Positions 46,627 through 58,971 of a stretch of 64,000 nucleotides of DNA are shown here, in pieces. A program made the translations under genes and the position numbers. The stretch covers positions 32,001-96,000 of the forward strand of contig CAVRJG010000056.1 of assembly GCA_963721455.1 (NCBI GenBank). Direction: 5' to 3'. The stretch is from an uncultured Methanosarcinaceae archaeon. GTDB lineage: Archaea; Halobacteriota; Methanosarcinia; Methanosarcinales; Methanosarcinaceae. The notes under the pieces are model-generated. The model was not told the DNA's origin. It saw only the letters and a program-made list of their open reading frames with translations, and made no database searches. Positions within the stretch are counted from its first letter, which is position 1; every line of letters starts with the position of its first letter.

Positions 46627-47973
46627 ATGACAGAAAAGCCCTTCACAGTAAAAAACCCGATTGTTATGACTATTGCAGGTTCTGATTCAGGGGGAGGAGC
46701 CGGAATTGCTGCTGATTTGAAGACATTTGCTGCCCTGGGAGTGCATGGGACCTGCGCCATTACATCGGTTACTGCCCAGAATACTACTGGAGTCCTGGAG
46801 GCTTTTGACCTCGCTCCTGCAGCTGTCGCCAGCCAGATAGAAGCTGTCTGTGCCGATATGGATGTCAAATGGGCAAAAACCGGCATGCTTGCCTCATCGG
46901 AAATCGTAAGGGAAGTTGCAAAAGAGGTAAGGAAACATGGGCTTTCCCTTGTAATAGACCCTGTGATGGCTGCTGAAGCAGGAGGGGACCTGCTACGAAA
47001 AGAAGCTCTTTCTGTCCTTATCGAAGAACTGCTGCCCTTCTGCAAGGTCACTACTCCCAACGCGTCAGAAGCAGGCGCACTTGCCGGCATGGCGGTGAAA
47101 AACCCTGAGGATGCAAGAATTGCAGCCAGGAAAATAGCGGATCTGGGTGTAGAAGCTGTAATTGTTACAGGAGGACACCTGGATGCCACGGACCTGCTTT
47201 ATGAAGCTGGTTCTGATACCTTTACCCGTATCCAGGGAACTTTTGTCAAAGGAGGAACTCATGGTTCGGGCTGCACTTATTCTGCGGCAATGACTGCCTT
47301 TCTCGCCTGCGGGAAAAGCCTGGAAGTAGCCGCAAGAGAGTCAAAGAAATTTGTAGTACAGGCAATCCTGAAAAGCCGGCCTGCAGGCAGGGGAGTAAAT
47401 CCTGTAAACCCACTGGGGGCGACTCTGGAAGAAAAAGAGCGCTACCTGGTCTTAAGGAATTTAAAAGACGCGGTTTTACTGATTGAGGAAAGCCCTGATT
47501 TTTCAAAACTTATCCCGGAAGTGGGCTGTAACATAGGAATGGCAATTCCCGGTGCAGAGAGCTATGAGGACGTTGCGGCAGTGGAAAGTAGAATAGTGAG
47601 ATATAGAAATCGGGCAGTTTCTGTAGGCTGTGTGGAGTTTGGAGCCAGCAAGCATGTAGCAAGTATCATTCTCTCGGCCCTTCACTATAATCCTGAGATA
47701 AGGGCAGCGATTAATGTAAAATATTCCGAAAAGGCCCTTGCAGCCTGCAGGGAAATGGAGCTTGGAATTTCCTCTTTTGACAGGGCTGAAGAACCGGAAA
47801 ATACCAGTACTATGGACTGGGGCACAGCCGAAGCAATCAAAAAATACGGACGCGTGCCGGAAGTCATCTATGATGAAGGAGGCACAGGAAAAGAACCCAT
47901 GATACGCCTGCCTGGCACAAATGCCATTGAAGTGGCAAAGCTTGCTGTGGAACTCGCAGAAAAGTTACAGTAA
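46627..47973 (+). CDS. thiD: Bifunctional HMP(-P) kinase / ThiN thiamine-phosphate synthase
   Basis: [25 protein letters not shown]; C-terminal Thi[24 protein letters not shown]. Confidence 0.94.
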   Translation: MTEKPFTVKNPIVMTIAGSDSGGGAGIAADLKTFAALGVHGTCAITSVTAQNTTGVLEAFDLAPAAVASQIEAVCADMDVKWAKTGMLASSEIVREVAKEVRKHGLSLVIDPVMAAEAGGDLLRKEALSVLIEELLPFCKVTTPNASEAGALAGMAVKNPEDARIAARKIADLGVEAVIVTGGHLDATDLLYEAGSDTFTRIQGTFVKGGTHGSGCTYSAAMTAFLACGKSLEVAARESKKFVVQAILKSRPAGRGVNPVNPLGATLEEKERYLVLRNLKDAVLLIEESPDFSKLIPEVGCNIGMAIPGAESYEDVAAVESRIVRYRNRAVSVGCVEFGASKHVASIILSALHYNPEIRAAINVKYSEKALAACREMELGISSFDRAEEPENTSTMDWGTAEAIKKYGRVPEVIYDEGGTGKEPMIRLPGTNAIEVAKLAVELAEKLQ

Positions 47974-48230
47974 AAATATAAAAAACGATAGAATTTCCTG
48001 TAAGGTATCTCCGTGATTATTTTCAGAATTGAGTTTTCGGTTCTGATCATATTCTTTTTCCCAATAACTTTCTTTATCCCAATATCCTCTTTTCCAGTTG
48101 TTTTCCTCCCGACAAGCGTTCTCTTCCGAAAGCACATAAATGAGACGTAAGAGCCGGAACTGCAAAGAAAGTAACACTTAAATACGTCGAGGTACGATTT
48201 TGTGCATACACGACATTCTGGAGAAAAGCT

Positions 48231-49529
48231 ATGGAACAGACCAAGATCATCCTTGATGAAAATGAAATGCCTAAACAGTGGTATAACGTCCTTTCAGACT
48301 TATCTTCTCCTATTGACCCGCCTCTTGACCCCCGGACCTGGGAACCTATAAGTCCGGAAGCCCTTGAGCCGATTTTCCCAAAAGCCCTTATCAAGCAGGA
48401 GATGAGCGATGAGAGGTTTATCGACATCCCTGAAGAGGTACTAGATATATACAGGCTCTGGAGGCCCAGCCCCCTTTACAGGGCTCACAGGCTGGAAAAG
48501 CTTCTCAAAACTCCAGCAAAGATATACTACAAACACGAAGGTATAAGCCCGGCAGGCAGCCATAAGACAAATACCTCCATTGCCCAGGCTTACTATAACA
48601 TGAAAGAGGGAACCGAGAGGATCACAACCGAAACCGGCGCAGGGCAGTGGGGAAGTGCATTGTCTCTTGCCTGCAACTACTTCGATATCCAGTGTAAAGT
48701 CTATATGGTACGTTCCAGCTATTACCAGAAACCCTACCGGAAGTCTCTAATGACACTCTGGGGAGGGAATGTAGTGCCTTCTCCCAGCCCGGATACGGAA
48801 TTCGGGAGAAAAATCCTTAAGGAGCAACCGGAAACCCCGGGAACGCTGGGAATAGCAATCAGTGAAGCTGTAGAGGATGCAGTAGCGCATGACAACACGA
48901 AATATTCCCTCGGAAGCGTGCTCAACCATGTTATGCTCCACCAGACAATAATCGGGGCTGAAAGCAAAAAGCAACTTGAACAGGTTGAAGCCTACCCTGA
49001 CATAGTCATAGGCTGCTGCGGAGGAGGAAGCAACCTTGCGGGAATATCCCTTGAGTTTATTAAAGACAGGATTGAGGGAAAGAACAATGCAAGAGTGATC
49101 GCAGTCGAGCCTTCGGCCTGCCCTACCCTGACAGAAGGGGAATACAGGTACGATTTCGGAGACGCTGCTGAAATGACTCCGCTTCTAAAAATGTATACCC
49201 TGGGCCACAAGCATGTGCCTCCTGCCATCCATGCAGGCGGGCTTCGCTACCATGGGGACTCTCCAATCATCAGTAAACTCTGCGCTGACGGGCTTATTGA
49301 AGCTGTTTCATATGACCAGTACCCGGTATTTGATGCAGCTGTCCAGTTTGCCCGGACTGAAGGCATAGTCCCTGCTCCTGAATCTTCCCATGCTATCCGT
49401 TGCACAATCGACGAAGCCCTCAAGTGCAAGCAGACAGGAGAAGAAAAAACAATCCTCTTTAACCTGAGCGGGCACGGGCATTTTGACATGAGTTCCTATG
49501 ATAAATATTTCAACAAGGAACTTGTCTGA
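48231..49529 (+). CDS. trpB2: TrpB2 (stand-alone tryptophan synthase beta-like PLP enzyme)
   Basis: [36 protein letters not shown]. Confidence 0.95.
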   Translation: MEQTKIILDENEMPKQWYNVLSDLSSPIDPPLDPRTWEPISPEALEPIFPKALIKQEMSDERFIDIPEEVLDIYRLWRPSPLYRAHRLEKLLKTPAKIYYKHEGISPAGSHKTNTSIAQAYYNMKEGTERITTETGAGQWGSALSLACNYFDIQCKVYMVRSSYYQKPYRKSLMTLWGGNVVPSPSPDTEFGRKILKEQPETPGTLGIAISEAVEDAVAHDNTKYSLGSVLNHVMLHQTIIGAESKKQLEQVEAYPDIVIGCCGGGSNLAGISLEFIKDRIEGKNNARVIAVEPSACPTLTEGEYRYDFGDAAEMTPLLKMYTLGHKHVPPAIHAGGLRYHGDSPIISKLCADGLIEAVSYDQYPVFDAAVQFARTEGIVPAPESSHAIRCTIDEALKCKQTGEEKTILFNLSGHGHFDMSSYDKYFNKELV

Positions 49530-49575
49530 AACAACCGGAAAAAGTTGAATAAAAAATGAAAAATAGAATTAAAAC

Positions 49576-49596
49576 AGGATGCCTTAAAGGCATCCT
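49576..49596. terminator. Perfect hairpin between convergent trpB2 and DUF1699 genes
   Basis: AGGATGCCT-TAA-AGGCATCCT. Confidence 0.55.
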
Positions 49597-49657
49597 CACA
49601 TTTAAGGCTTTTACAAATCCCTGGTACTGCTACATAGAAGAAGGTTTTTATTAAAAC

Positions 49658-50071
49658 TTAATCTGACTCAAACTGTTTTCTATTAAGAATGTACGAGACC
49701 ATTTTCGGGTTAAACTTGTGCTCCCTTGCCACTGTTTCCGCAATCTGTTCACCGGGAATTCCTTCAGCTTTCAGGCTTCTTATTTTCATCATTAAGGACT
49801 GAGGGAAAATATAGTACTCGTTGATATCTTTCCTGTGTCCCCAGACATCCCCTTCGAGCAGCTGCACTTTTTGCATTTCCAGAAACATTTCTATAGCTCT
49901 TGAAACAGTCTTTTTGTATGATTTGGGTAACTGAATTATTTCCAGTTTCGGACAGGTCTCAACAAGCAGGAAAATATCTTTATTTGAAGGCCGAAACGCC
50001 AGGTGAACAACCCTTTCATTCGGATTCAGTGAGAGAATTTCATTTCTTGAACTGACAACTCTTATCTTCAT
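49658..50071 (-). CDS. DUF1699 family protein (copy 1)
   Basis: MKIRVVSS..LNPNE..VHLAFRPSN...EGDVWGHRKDINEYY. Confidence 0.88.
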   Translation of the reverse strand: MKIRVVSSRNEILSLNPNERVVHLAFRPSNKDIFLLVETCPKLEIIQLPKSYKKTVSRAIEMFLEMQKVQLLEGDVWGHRKDINEYYIFPQSLMMKIRSLKAEGIPGEQIAETVAREHKFNPKMVSYILNRKQFESD

Positions 50072-50634
50072 ACAAATCCCCAGACCCTAGAATAAATTAA
50101 AGAATCAATAAAATAAATTATACGACTTTATTTAAATATTTTTCTGCGTATAATCATTTACTTTTCCCTATTTAACAGAGAATATTTGAAAAAAGCCATA
50201 CAGAAAGATAAAGGCAAATATTATGATGAGAACATAAGAAATTTCAGGACCTTATAGTTTGAAAATTAATTTCAAATGTTGTGATGATTATAAAAATTCT
50301 CCTCAAAAGAGAATATGAATTTCAATGAAACAGGATACAGGCACCGAATTCCAGCTATATGAGAAAGTAACAGAATTCTCTGCTTCATCATAAAACCAGA
50401 GTTCTTGCTTTGAAAACTAACAACAGCTGGAATTAACAAAGCTCAGAGAAATAGAGGAAAAATCATATATTGGATGGAAGTTCCAACCCGGAATTCCATC
50501 CTGAAGAGAAGGATCCAGAATATGAAAAGATTTTTAGACCCTCCTTTAAAGAAATATATATAATTCTGCCACTTTTCACAGGGTACAGCCTGAAAGCAGG
50601 ACTTTCCGGGAAAAATGACAAAATTAGCAACCGA

Positions 50635-51042
50635 TCAGTCCACGATTTTCTTGCTCAGGATGTAGAGGATCATATCTGAATTCAACTTGCTTTCTCTCGA
50701 AAGCTTATCAGCAATTACCTCATTGGTAAAACGATCGGCTTTTAATTCCTGAATCTTTTCCAGCACATTCTGGGAAACATTATAATATTCGTTTATATCC
50801 TTCCTGTGGCCCCAGACATCCCCTTCCAGAAGATTTATCTTCTGCATCTCCAGGAATATTTCAATTGACTTGGAAACAGTCCTTCTGTAAGATTTAGGAA
50901 GCTGTATTGCTTCAATCTTCGGGCATGTTTCCGCAAGCATGAATACATCCCTATTAGACGGCCTGAAAGCAAGGTGGATAACCTTCTCGTTCGGATTCAG
51001 GGTAGGAATTTCCTCCCGTGAACTAACTACTCTGATTTTCAT
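50635..51042 (-). CDS. DUF1699 family protein (copy 2)
   Basis: Same motifs; ATG 51042. Confidence 0.88.
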   Translation of the reverse strand: MKIRVVSSREEIPTLNPNEKVIHLAFRPSNRDVFMLAETCPKIEAIQLPKSYRRTVSKSIEIFLEMQKINLLEGDVWGHRKDINEYYNVSQNVLEKIQELKADRFTNEVIADKLSRESKLNSDMILYILSKKIVD

Positions 51043-51144
51043 ACTTTTCCCCCACTCATTATTTAGAATCAAATTTTTATTTATTTAAATATCGAATTTT
51101 GTTTACGCATTTACATTTTAAATACATATCGATTAGCCTGGATA

Positions 51145-52446
51145 TTATTTAGAGGGTTTATACCCGAAACGAGTTCTAATAGCATCGGCATGTGCCTGTA
51201 GACCCTCTTCCTCGGCTAATGCGATAATAGTTTCTTTCAGACTTTCAAGCCCGGTCTTGCTGATTTTCTGAATACTTGAGTATTTAATAAAGTGGTTTAT
51301 ATTCAGACCTGAATAAACTTTCGCATATCCGGCAGTGGGAAGTACGTGGTTGGTCCCTGAAGCGTAATCTCCAACAGGCACAGGAGCATAGTTTCCGATA
51401 AAAATCGACCCTGCATTTTTTATTCTGTCAAGTACGAAATCTGAGTTTGATACCATAATCTCGAGGTGTTCGGGAGCAAATTTATTGCTGAAGCCAATAC
51501 ACTGTTCCAGGGAATCTGCAGTAAGAATTGCCGCATTTTCAAGAGATGCCTTTACAATGCTGTTTCTTGCAGCCTGTTCAGCCTGAACAAGCACTTCTCT
51601 TTTTACAGCTTCTGCCAACGTATCTGAGGTTGTGACAAGTATTGAAACTGCACTTGGGTCATGCTCTGCCTGAGCTATAATATCCGAAGCAGTCATAACA
51701 GCATCCGCCGACTCGTCTGCGATAATAAGTACCTCACTTGGGCCTGCCGGAAAGTCGATCTCCGCAACATTCCTGATTTGCATTTTGGCAGATGTGACAA
51801 AAACATTTCCCGGACCTACAATTTTGTCCACCTTCTGGACAGTTTCAGTTCCATAAGCCATTGCCCCTATTGCCTGCACGCCACCGAGCTTGAAAACTTT
51901 ATCCGCTCCTGCAACCTTTGCGGCAATAAGCGTCAGCGGGTGCACAGAACCATCAGCCCTCGGAGGTGTGCACACTATAACCTTTTCTACTCCTGCAACC
52001 CTGGCAGGGATTACAGTCATCAGCACTGTTGACGGGTAGGAAGCCCGACCGCCTGGGGCATAGGCGCCCACACTTTCGAGAGGCGTCGCCTTCTGGCCCA
52101 GCACAATCCCCGGTTTAAGTTCCATGAACCAGAGAGCCTCAGGAAGTTGAGCTTCATGGAAAGCCCGGATGTTTGAAGCTGCGGATTTAAGGTGGTCCAG
52201 AAGTTCAGGGTCGATGCAGGAAAAAGCCTTCTCAAACTCTTCCTCACTTACTTCAAAATCTGCAAGTTCAACTTTATCAAATTTAGCTGTATATTCCCTG
52301 ACGGCTGCATCTCCTTTCATACGTACATCCGAAAGTACGGCTGATACGGTTTTCGCTACATCTTCAAGTCCGGACCCCCGGGAGAGCATTTTTTGCATTT
52401 CAGCTTCCGAAACATCAGACAACTTTTTGAATAACATGATGACCAC
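51145..52446 (-). CDS. hisD: Histidinol dehydrogenase
   Basis: [36 protein letters not shown]. Confidence 0.97.
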   Translation of the reverse strand: MVIMLFKKLSDVSEAEMQKMLSRGSGLEDVAKTVSAVLSDVRMKGDAAVREYTAKFDKVELADFEVSEEEFEKAFSCIDPELLDHLKSAASNIRAFHEAQLPEALWFMELKPGIVLGQKATPLESVGAYAPGGRASYPSTVLMTVIPARVAGVEKVIVCTPPRADGSVHPLTLIAAKVAGADKVFKLGGVQAIGAMAYGTETVQKVDKIVGPGNVFVTSAKMQIRNVAEIDFPAGPSEVLIIADESADAVMTASDIIAQAEHDPSAVSILVTTSDTLAEAVKREVLVQAEQAARNSIVKASLENAAILTADSLEQCIGFSNKFAPEHLEIMVSNSDFVLDRIKNAGSIFIGNYAPVPVGDYASGTNHVLPTAGYAKVYSGLNINHFIKYSSIQKISKTGLESLKETIIALAEEEGLQAHADAIRTRFGYKPSK

Positions 52447-52522
52447 CTCTGAAAGAACCTGACAAAACTTGATACGAATTGAAATCTCAAATTGAAATCC
52501 GGGAATCTTATGTAAACTAATA

Positions 52523-52562
52523 CCAGATAACCAGATAACCGGATAACCGGTTAACCAGATAA
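52523..52562. repeat. 8-bp tandem repeat (CCRGWTAA)x5
   Basis: ccagataa ccagataa ccggataa ccggttaa ccagataa upstream of hisD. Confidence 0.85.
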
Positions 52563-52685
52563 TCCAATCCCATTAAATCCCTGCCCTCATTTAATATTTT
52601 ATCCCTTATCAAGCCCGTTAATAAAAAACTAAAAACGTAAGAAAGGAATTAAAATATTAAGAAATAAAAGATAAGGCAGGTAGAA

Positions 52686-54875
52686 TCAATAATCATTGAT
52701 TGTCCTTTGCCCTGAAGAAGAGCCTTTCCCAGGAGGTTCAGGCTCCGTAATTTCAGGGAATGCATCTCTTTTCCCTATCTGCTTAAAGATCCTTTCCGCA
52801 ACCTTCGGCCCCAGAAGAGCAGCCACTTTTTCCGGATCAGCACCTGCAAGGTCTGCTGTTGATCTGAAGCCTGCTTCGTAAAGTCTCCTTGCCCTCACGC
52901 GCCCAATGCTTCTGATATCGAGCAGATCCATCAAATCCGGGCCTGCTCCGTAATGTATCCGCTTTTCGAGTTCTGCAGCTTCTTTTGCCCCTTTGAGGCC
53001 AAGGATCCTGGCAAGCTGGGTGGCCACATGCATGATCCATTCAGCAATATCCGCAATTGCACGAATGTCGCCTTCCCCTATGCCAAACTTCAGGCAAATT
53101 TCGTTTTCAGATTTTTCACGGACCCAGTCAACAAGGAGAAGAGAAGTCTTGACCTCCCCCAGGAACCATTCATATTCAGTAATGTTGAAGGGACTCGGGA
53201 CCTTTACGAACTCGCTGGCGTGAGCCATTACGTAATCGTTGATCTCCTGATAGTCCTGGTTCCGCATGTACAGCAGGCGCATATCAGGCGTACTGCAGAC
53301 CAGATGCAGCAGGGTAAGCTCCGTCAGGGTTTCTGCTTCTCTCAGGCCCTTTGCAATGCGGGCGGCAGAAAGAGGGTCTATATAGAGCCTTGAGACAAGT
53401 TTTCCGAAATTTGTAGGAATAAGGGCATCTGTGCTCTCAAGCATCCCTTCCTGCCGCAAAAAGATAAGGCATTCTTCCACAACCGTCGAAAGCCCGAAGT
53501 TCGAATACTGGAAAGCGAAAAATGTTGCCTCCAGAAAATCCATGAGTTCTTCCTTTGTCCGCGCAAAGCCGTTGGAAATTGTAGAGAGCACATGAGTCCT
53601 GAGGGCATTTTCGGTTCCGAGCTTGGACCAGATATCTTCGGCTTCTGCCTCGATATAGTTCTCAAAAAGGAAAACAAATTCCTCATACGATTTTGCAAGA
53701 AGCACAGCTTCTCCGTACGGGTCGAGCCCTGGCCTTCCTGCCCTTCCTGCCATCTGCTTGTACTCGAGCACAGGGATAGGCTGCATCCCGCCTTCAGAGG
53801 AATAGCGTCGGTAACTTCTGATAATTACGCGCCTGGCAGGCAGGTTGAGCCCGGCTGCAAGGGTAGGAGTGCTTGAAATCAGCCTGATTTTTCCTTCCCT
53901 GAAGCCATCCTCCACAAGTTCCCTTAAAGACGTCGTGAGCCCTGCATGGTGAAAAGCCGTCCCTGAACGGATGCAGCCTGCAAGGATCGTTGAAGTATCG
54001 GTTTCACTATTTTCGAGAACCTCGTCTGCAATCCCGGCCAGGGCTTCCCTGTCTTCTGCGGGGAGGGTCTTTTTAACTGTTGAAGCCGCCTTCTTTGCAA
54101 AAGCCGTGCAGTTTTTCCTGCTGCTTTCGAAAACCAGGCACTGCCCGCCTTCCCTGAGGGTATCCAGCGCGAGGTTTATGGCTTCATCTTTTGTGGACTG
54201 TTCAACAGGCTTTTCCCGGCCTTTACAATAGAAAATACTGTTAAACAGTACCCCTTCCAGAAGTTCGGTAGGCCTCCACTCGCTTACTACAAGTTCGGCT
54301 TCCAGCCAGGCTGCAAGCTCATCGGCATTCCCTACTGTTGCAGACAGCGCCAGGATCTGGCAGGATGGGTTCATTTTCCGAAGCTTTGCAAGAGTGACCT
54401 CAAGCGTGGGGCCCCTGTCCGCAGAATCGATAAGGTGTACCTCGTCTGCCACAACAACCGAGATTTCCTGCATCCAGGCAGTCTCGTTCCTGAGCAGAGA
54501 ATCAGTCTTTTCCGATGTGGCAACGATAATGTCGTTTACCCCGAGCCCTTCGTCCCGCAGGTCATAATCCCCTGTGGAAATCCCGACCCTGACTCCAAGT
54601 TCCGAAAACTCCCGAAACCGCCTGAACTTCTCTGAAGCAAGCGCCCTGAGAGGAACGATATAGAGCGCCTTTCCTCCTGCCTGAATGGACTTCAACATCG
54701 CAAGCTCGGCAAGGAGAGTCTTCCCTGAGGCGGTCGGGATTGCAGCAAGCAGGTTTTTCCCTTCAAGCAATCCTTTTTCCACTGCTTCCGCCTGAGGGGG
54801 ATAAAGTTCCAGAATCCCGGAATCCAGATAAAAACGTTTTACTTCGTCGGGCAGATCGAGACTTTCTATCTTCAT
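52686..54875 (-). CDS. hel308: Hel308 (Ski2-like) DNA helicase
   Basis: [31 protein letters not shown]-terminal Hh[10 protein letters not shown]. Confidence 0.95.
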   Translation of the reverse strand: MKIESLDLPDEVKRFYLDSGILELYPPQAEAVEKGLLEGKNLLAAIPTASGKTLLAELAMLKSIQAGGKALYIVPLRALASEKFRRFREFSELGVRVGISTGDYDLRDEGLGVNDIIVATSEKTDSLLRNETAWMQEISVVVADEVHLIDSADRGPTLEVTLAKLRKMNPSCQILALSATVGNADELAAWLEAELVVSEWRPTELLEGVLFNSIFYCKGREKPVEQSTKDEAINLALDTLREGGQCLVFESSRKNCTAFAKKAASTVKKTLPAEDREALAGIADEVLENSETDTSTILAGCIRSGTAFHHAGLTTSLRELVEDGFREGKIRLISSTPTLAAGLNLPARRVIIRSYRRYSSEGGMQPIPVLEYKQMAGRAGRPGLDPYGEAVLLAKSYEEFVFLFENYIEAEAEDIWSKLGTENALRTHVLSTISNGFARTKEELMDFLEATFFAFQYSNFGLSTVVEECLIFLRQEGMLESTDALIPTNFGKLVSRLYIDPLSAARIAKGLREAETLTELTLLHLVCSTPDMRLLYMRNQDYQEINDYVMAHASEFVKVPSPFNITEYEWFLGEVKTSLLLVDWVREKSENEICLKFGIGEGDIRAIADIAEWIMHVATQLARILGLKGAKEAAELEKRIHYGAGPDLMDLLDIRSIGRVRARRLYEAGFRSTADLAGADPEKVAALLGPKVAERIFKQIGKRDAFPEITEPEPPGKGSSSGQRTINDY

Positions 54876-55009
54876 TGAAAACCAGAAACTCACACATTAG
54901 ATAAAAATCTATTTTGAAATCTCACGCCAGTGCCGGAAATTACTATACTGCAAAAGCCTGAGTTCCCTGTGTAAGGGAACCCCGGGGTTTGAGATTTTTA
55001 GAAAAACAC

Positions 55010-56776
55010 TCAACTGCTTGCCGAATAATAGTAATTTCCACTTTCCTTCTGTTCCCGGTCAAGCCTTGAGCCGAGGTTATTGACCCGCGGACGCCTTGTT
55101 TCCTCGTCCCTGCGGAAGGTTATGCCCAGGTTTTTCAGGAATTTGTTCATACCGGTTTCCATGCTGAACGGGCCGTGTGCTTCACCGTATACCGAGGGCT
55201 TGCCTTCAAAAACCATAAGTCGCTGGCTCAACATATCGATCATGTAGATATCGTGGTCAACGACCAGGGCTGTCTTCTGGTTATTCTCGGCAAACCGGTT
55301 CAGGACCCTTGTGACCATGGAACGCTGTTCTACGTCAAGGTGGGCGCTAGGCTCGTCCAGAATATAGAGGTCGGCTTCCTTGGACAGGCAGGCTGCAATC
55401 GCAACTCTCTGCAGTTCTCCGCCGCTCAGGTCAGCAAGCAGGCTGTCATAAATTTTTTCAAGCTGGAGGGGATTTGAAATCTCAACCTCATAATAGCTGG
55501 TCCCGAACCGCTTTGAGATGCCGCGCAGGAAATCCTGCACGCTCAAAGGTATATCGGCTTTAATGTACTGAGGCTTGTAAGAGATTTTGACGTTTATCCC
55601 GGGATCTCCTTCATCAGGTTTTATTTCTCCGGCAAGGATTTTTACGAAGGTTGATTTTCCTATTCCGTTAGGGCCCACTATCCCGAGCACTTCACCTTCC
55701 CGAAGGCTGCCGCCTGTGGCTTTCAGGGAGAAACCATCCCCAAATTTCTTTGAAAAGCCGTTGAAGGTAACCATGGACTTAATCTGTGAAGCTTCTCTTG
55801 GAGGATGGGTCTCAAACTTAATGGCTTCAAGCCGGATCCTTATATTTTCTTCAGGGAGGTAGCCTTTAAGGTACTGGTTAATTCCCACACGTACGCTCTT
55901 CGGGAGAGTAATCACACCGAAACCTGCAGGTTCTCCGTAGGCGATATGAATTACGTCCGTAAGCATATCCAGGATTGCAAGGTCATGCTCGACCACGAGC
56001 ACAGCCCTGTCCTTTGAGATCTTCTGGATCAGGCGGGCAACATTGATCCTCTGGTAGATATCAAGGTAGGGGCTGATTTCGTCAAAGAAGTAGAACTGGG
56101 CATCCCTTGACGCACATGCAGCAATTGCCACACGCTGCAGCTCTCCACCGCTCAATTCCGAGATTTTCCTGTCAACTACGCCTCTCAAATCAAGGTAGTC
56201 GACAAGCTCATCCAGAATTCCTCTCTCATCGGTCTTTTCGAGCAGTTCGGAAGTCTTGCCTTTGAAAGCTTTAGGGATCAAATCCACATACTGGGGCTTC
56301 TGGGAAACCCGGACCTTTCCATCCACGACAGCCTTGAAATAGTCGTGAAGCGCAGTGCCAGCATAGTGTTCAAGCACATTATCCCAATCACCTTTTCCCT
56401 GGCCGAAGTTCGGGATCAAAGATCCTGAAAGTATCTGGACCGACGTGCTTTTCCCTATCCCGTTAGGGCCAAGGATTCCCGTCACTTTTCCCACCCTCGG
56501 CACAGGCAGCCCGAAGAGGGCAAAACCATTTGTCCCGTACCTGTGCGTGGGTTCTGTCAGAGCTTCAGGAAGCCCTATGATCATGATGGCTTTAAAAGGG
56601 CATTTGTTAACGCAAATCCCGCAGCCCACGCAGAGTTCTTCTGAGACGACGGGCTTCCCGTCCTCCTCAAAAACAATTGTCTCATCTCCTGTCCGGACCC
56701 TGGGGCAGTACTTTTCGCACTCCTTGCTGCACCTTCTGGGCTGACATCTATCTTTATTGAGTATAGCTATTCTCAT
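55010..56776 (-). CDS. ABCE1/RLI ribosome recycling ATPase
   Basis: N-terminal Fe-S domain (CQPRRC...CP; CVGCGICVNKCP), two GPNGIGKS Walker A, two LSGGELQR. Confidence 0.97.
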   Translation of the reverse strand: MRIAILNKDRCQPRRCSKECEKYCPRVRTGDETIVFEEDGKPVVSEELCVGCGICVNKCPFKAIMIIGLPEALTEPTHRYGTNGFALFGLPVPRVGKVTGILGPNGIGKSTSVQILSGSLIPNFGQGKGDWDNVLEHYAGTALHDYFKAVVDGKVRVSQKPQYVDLIPKAFKGKTSELLEKTDERGILDELVDYLDLRGVVDRKISELSGGELQRVAIAACASRDAQFYFFDEISPYLDIYQRINVARLIQKISKDRAVLVVEHDLAILDMLTDVIHIAYGEPAGFGVITLPKSVRVGINQYLKGYLPEENIRIRLEAIKFETHPPREASQIKSMVTFNGFSKKFGDGFSLKATGGSLREGEVLGIVGPNGIGKSTFVKILAGEIKPDEGDPGINVKISYKPQYIKADIPLSVQDFLRGISKRFGTSYYEVEISNPLQLEKIYDSLLADLSGGELQRVAIAACLSKEADLYILDEPSAHLDVEQRSMVTRVLNRFAENNQKTALVVDHDIYMIDMLSQRLMVFEGKPSVYGEAHGPFSMETGMNKFLKNLGITFRRDEETRRPRVNNLGSRLDREQKESGNYYYSASS

Positions 56777-57181
56777 ATTAGTCCCCGTAAATCACGTTTT
56801 TCTTTGATTTGTTAACAGATATAGATTAAATGAAGTGTCTGCTGTGATTTCAAGCTTAACCCGGCGCTTAACAATGTAAATGTTTGCTATAGTAGAGAAC
56901 GGTTATCACAGCAGTGCAATATGATAATGTAACGGCTACCATAGGAGGATATTGCAAATATACAGAAGTTATCGGTTATGAAATGCCTGCTCTGGTATAT
57001 GAACCGTTGGACTATTGCAGGCATGAAACATCAGTCACACGGGAGTTTAATTAAATAAACGGGCTAATCGGTACTACAGGAGTTTAGTGAATCGAACAGG
57101 TAAAAGCCGATAATTAAAAAAGAATGTGTAAAAAAGCCTTCAATTTTAAGAAAGCCTTTTTGCAGTTCAGGAAAGAAGACT

Positions 57182-57595
57182 TTAATTCAAGAGCAGAGTC
57201 CAGGTAACAAGGAAGAAATCAATGACCATAAACTCTACGTAAAACCAATCCTTTGCCTTAAATTCCTTGGGATCGATCTTGAATTGAGGATAGATAAGCT
57301 TCTGTATATAATACGTTAGTGCGATAGTGATCATCAGCACAGCATACCAGATCCTATCTTCCCCTATCCCGTACAGCTTGAAGGTTAAAACTCCTGCCAA
57401 TATTCCGAGTACTGAAGCTACTATTGTCTTTATAATTCCATCTCTATGTTCCTTTTGCTTTTCCTCAGGCGTCCTTTCCTTAATCAGATTCTTCTTCTCT
57501 GGAGTCTCAACGCTCGCTACGGAACTTTCTGCAGCAGCCCCTGTGATTTTTGCGGGTTCCTTTATGGACTTTGACTTCGGATTTTGCTTACTCAA
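57182..57595 (-). CDS. Small 3-TM membrane protein (EMC6-like, typically upstream of archaeal ABCE1)
   Basis: Three hydrophobic segments ending KDWFYVEFMVIDFFLVTWTLLLN; gene context. Confidence 0.7.
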   Translation of the reverse strand: MSKQNPKSKSIKEPAKITGAAAESSVASVETPEKKNLIKERTPEEKQKEHRDGIIKTIVASVLGILAGVLTFKLYGIGEDRIWYAVLMITIALTYYIQKLIYPQFKIDPKEFKAKDWFYVEFMVIDFFLVTWTLLLN

Positions 57596-57729
57596 CCTGT
57601 ATACTCTCCTGAACGGCAGTTAACATGCCTGGGATCTAATAGTTAGGATCTAATCTCAGTTAAAAAATTAGACCTGAATTAGAAAATTTGAATTCGCAGA
57701 TTTAAGTTATCAGATTTAGATCATTCTAT

Positions 57730-57935
57730 TTAAATTATTAGAATTAAATTATTGAAATAAGATTATCGAAATTAAATTACTGGAATAAGATTAGTTGAAA
57801 TAAATACTGGAATGAGATTAGTTGAAATAAATACTGGAATGAGATTAAAGGAATTAAATTACCGGAACGAGATTAAAGGAATTAAATTACCGGAACGAGA
57901 TTAACGGAATTAAATTATTGGAATTAAATATTAGG
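57730..57935. repeat. AT-rich tandem repeat, 27-28-bp units made of 13-14-bp subunits
   Basis: GATTA recurs at 57789, 57816, 57843, 57871, 57899; e.g. GAGATTAAAGGAATTAAATTACCGGAAC x2. Confidence 0.88.
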
Positions 57936-57951
57936 ACTGAATTTCACAGCT

Positions 57952-58971
57952 TTAAATAAATTCATTGCTTAAAACATTACCTATCTGATCTATAGATATC
58001 GAATCGATTCCTATTGAATTTAAATGTTTTGAAAATTTAGAAGGCCTGTCCCCTCCGGGGTGATAGACAAGAGTGACTTCAGGGTTAAGTTTTCGAACCA
58101 TATCTTCAAGCCCGCAGGCGTCAAGGTGGTCGCTTATCCTGATTGTTGGGTAAGTATAATCCATTCGGCAGCTGAGCACGTACTTTTTCATGTTCCAGGG
58201 AAGTTTGTTAAGGTCCCAGGGAGCTACTACGAAAACCCCATCATCTCCTTCGGAATCAAAACCTGTAAGTTCCCCGGCATCTTCAAGCATACTCCGGGTA
58301 AGGGCTCTGGTCCTTGCTTCCATACGGATAGCGCCGTCATACCCAAAACCCCTTATGAGTTCAACCGCTCGCTGGGCTTTTCCAAACTCATATGCCCCAA
58401 AAGCAACCGCCCCGTGTTCAAAAAGGGCACATTTCATGCCTTCGAGGTCATCTGTAAAATGACAGGTGGGATCTGCCGGGTCCCCATAGTTAGCTTCAGT
58501 GATAAGGACATCGCAGGGAGGAAGCTTGCTCGCATCTTTGACGTCGCCTGTAACCAGAATCCTTGTCCCTACATCGTTTTCCCAGTAAAAAGCAGTAGCG
58601 CCTGCAGTATGCTCTGTAGGAAAGGTCTTTACCTTTACCCCTTCAACCTCGATTTCCTCCCCGACCCCGCATATGCTGCCCATATATTTTTTGTCGTGCC
58701 TGATTTCAAGAGCCGTTGCTGTTTTATCCGAACACACAGCATTGGGAGAGAGCATAGCCGATTTTCCGTGATGGTCGGAATGGGCATGGGTGATCAGATA
58801 GGCATCGGGCTGCGGATGCTTTCCTGGAGTGCGGGTGGTGTCAACGGAAAACGTGCGTAAATCCCCGGCATCATCCCTGAACCGGAGAGAAATATGCGGT
58901 TTAAAAGTCCCGCGAGAATTACGCTGCCTGAGCGCCAGCACACCAAGATCAATTAGTTTTTTAGAAATCAC
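57952..58971 (-). CDS. Metallo-beta-lactamase fold hydrolase, beta-CASP-like putative nuclease
   Basis: THAHSDHH, HTAG, TGD, EANYG, SDH; GTG start 58971. Confidence 0.82.
   Translation of the reverse strand: MISKKLIDLGVLALRQRNSRGTFKPHISLRFRDDAGDLRTFSVDTTRTPGKHPQPDAYLITHAHSDHHGKSAMLSPNAVCSDKTATALEIRHDKKYMGSICGVGEEIEVEGVKVKTFPTEHTAGATAFYWENDVGTRILVTGDVKDASKLPPCDVLITEANYGDPADPTCHFTDDLEGMKCALFEHGAVAFGAYEFGKAQRAVELIRGFGYDGAIRMEARTRALTRSMLEDAGELTGFDSEGDDGVFVVAPWDLNKLPWNMKKYVLSCRMDYTYPTIRISDHLDACGLEDMVRKLNPEVTLVYHPGGDRPSKFSKHLNSIGIDSISIDQIGNVLSNEFI

Noticed and set aside
57730-57935. 27-28-bp repeats as a CRISPR array
   Set aside because: Head-to-tail with no spacers.
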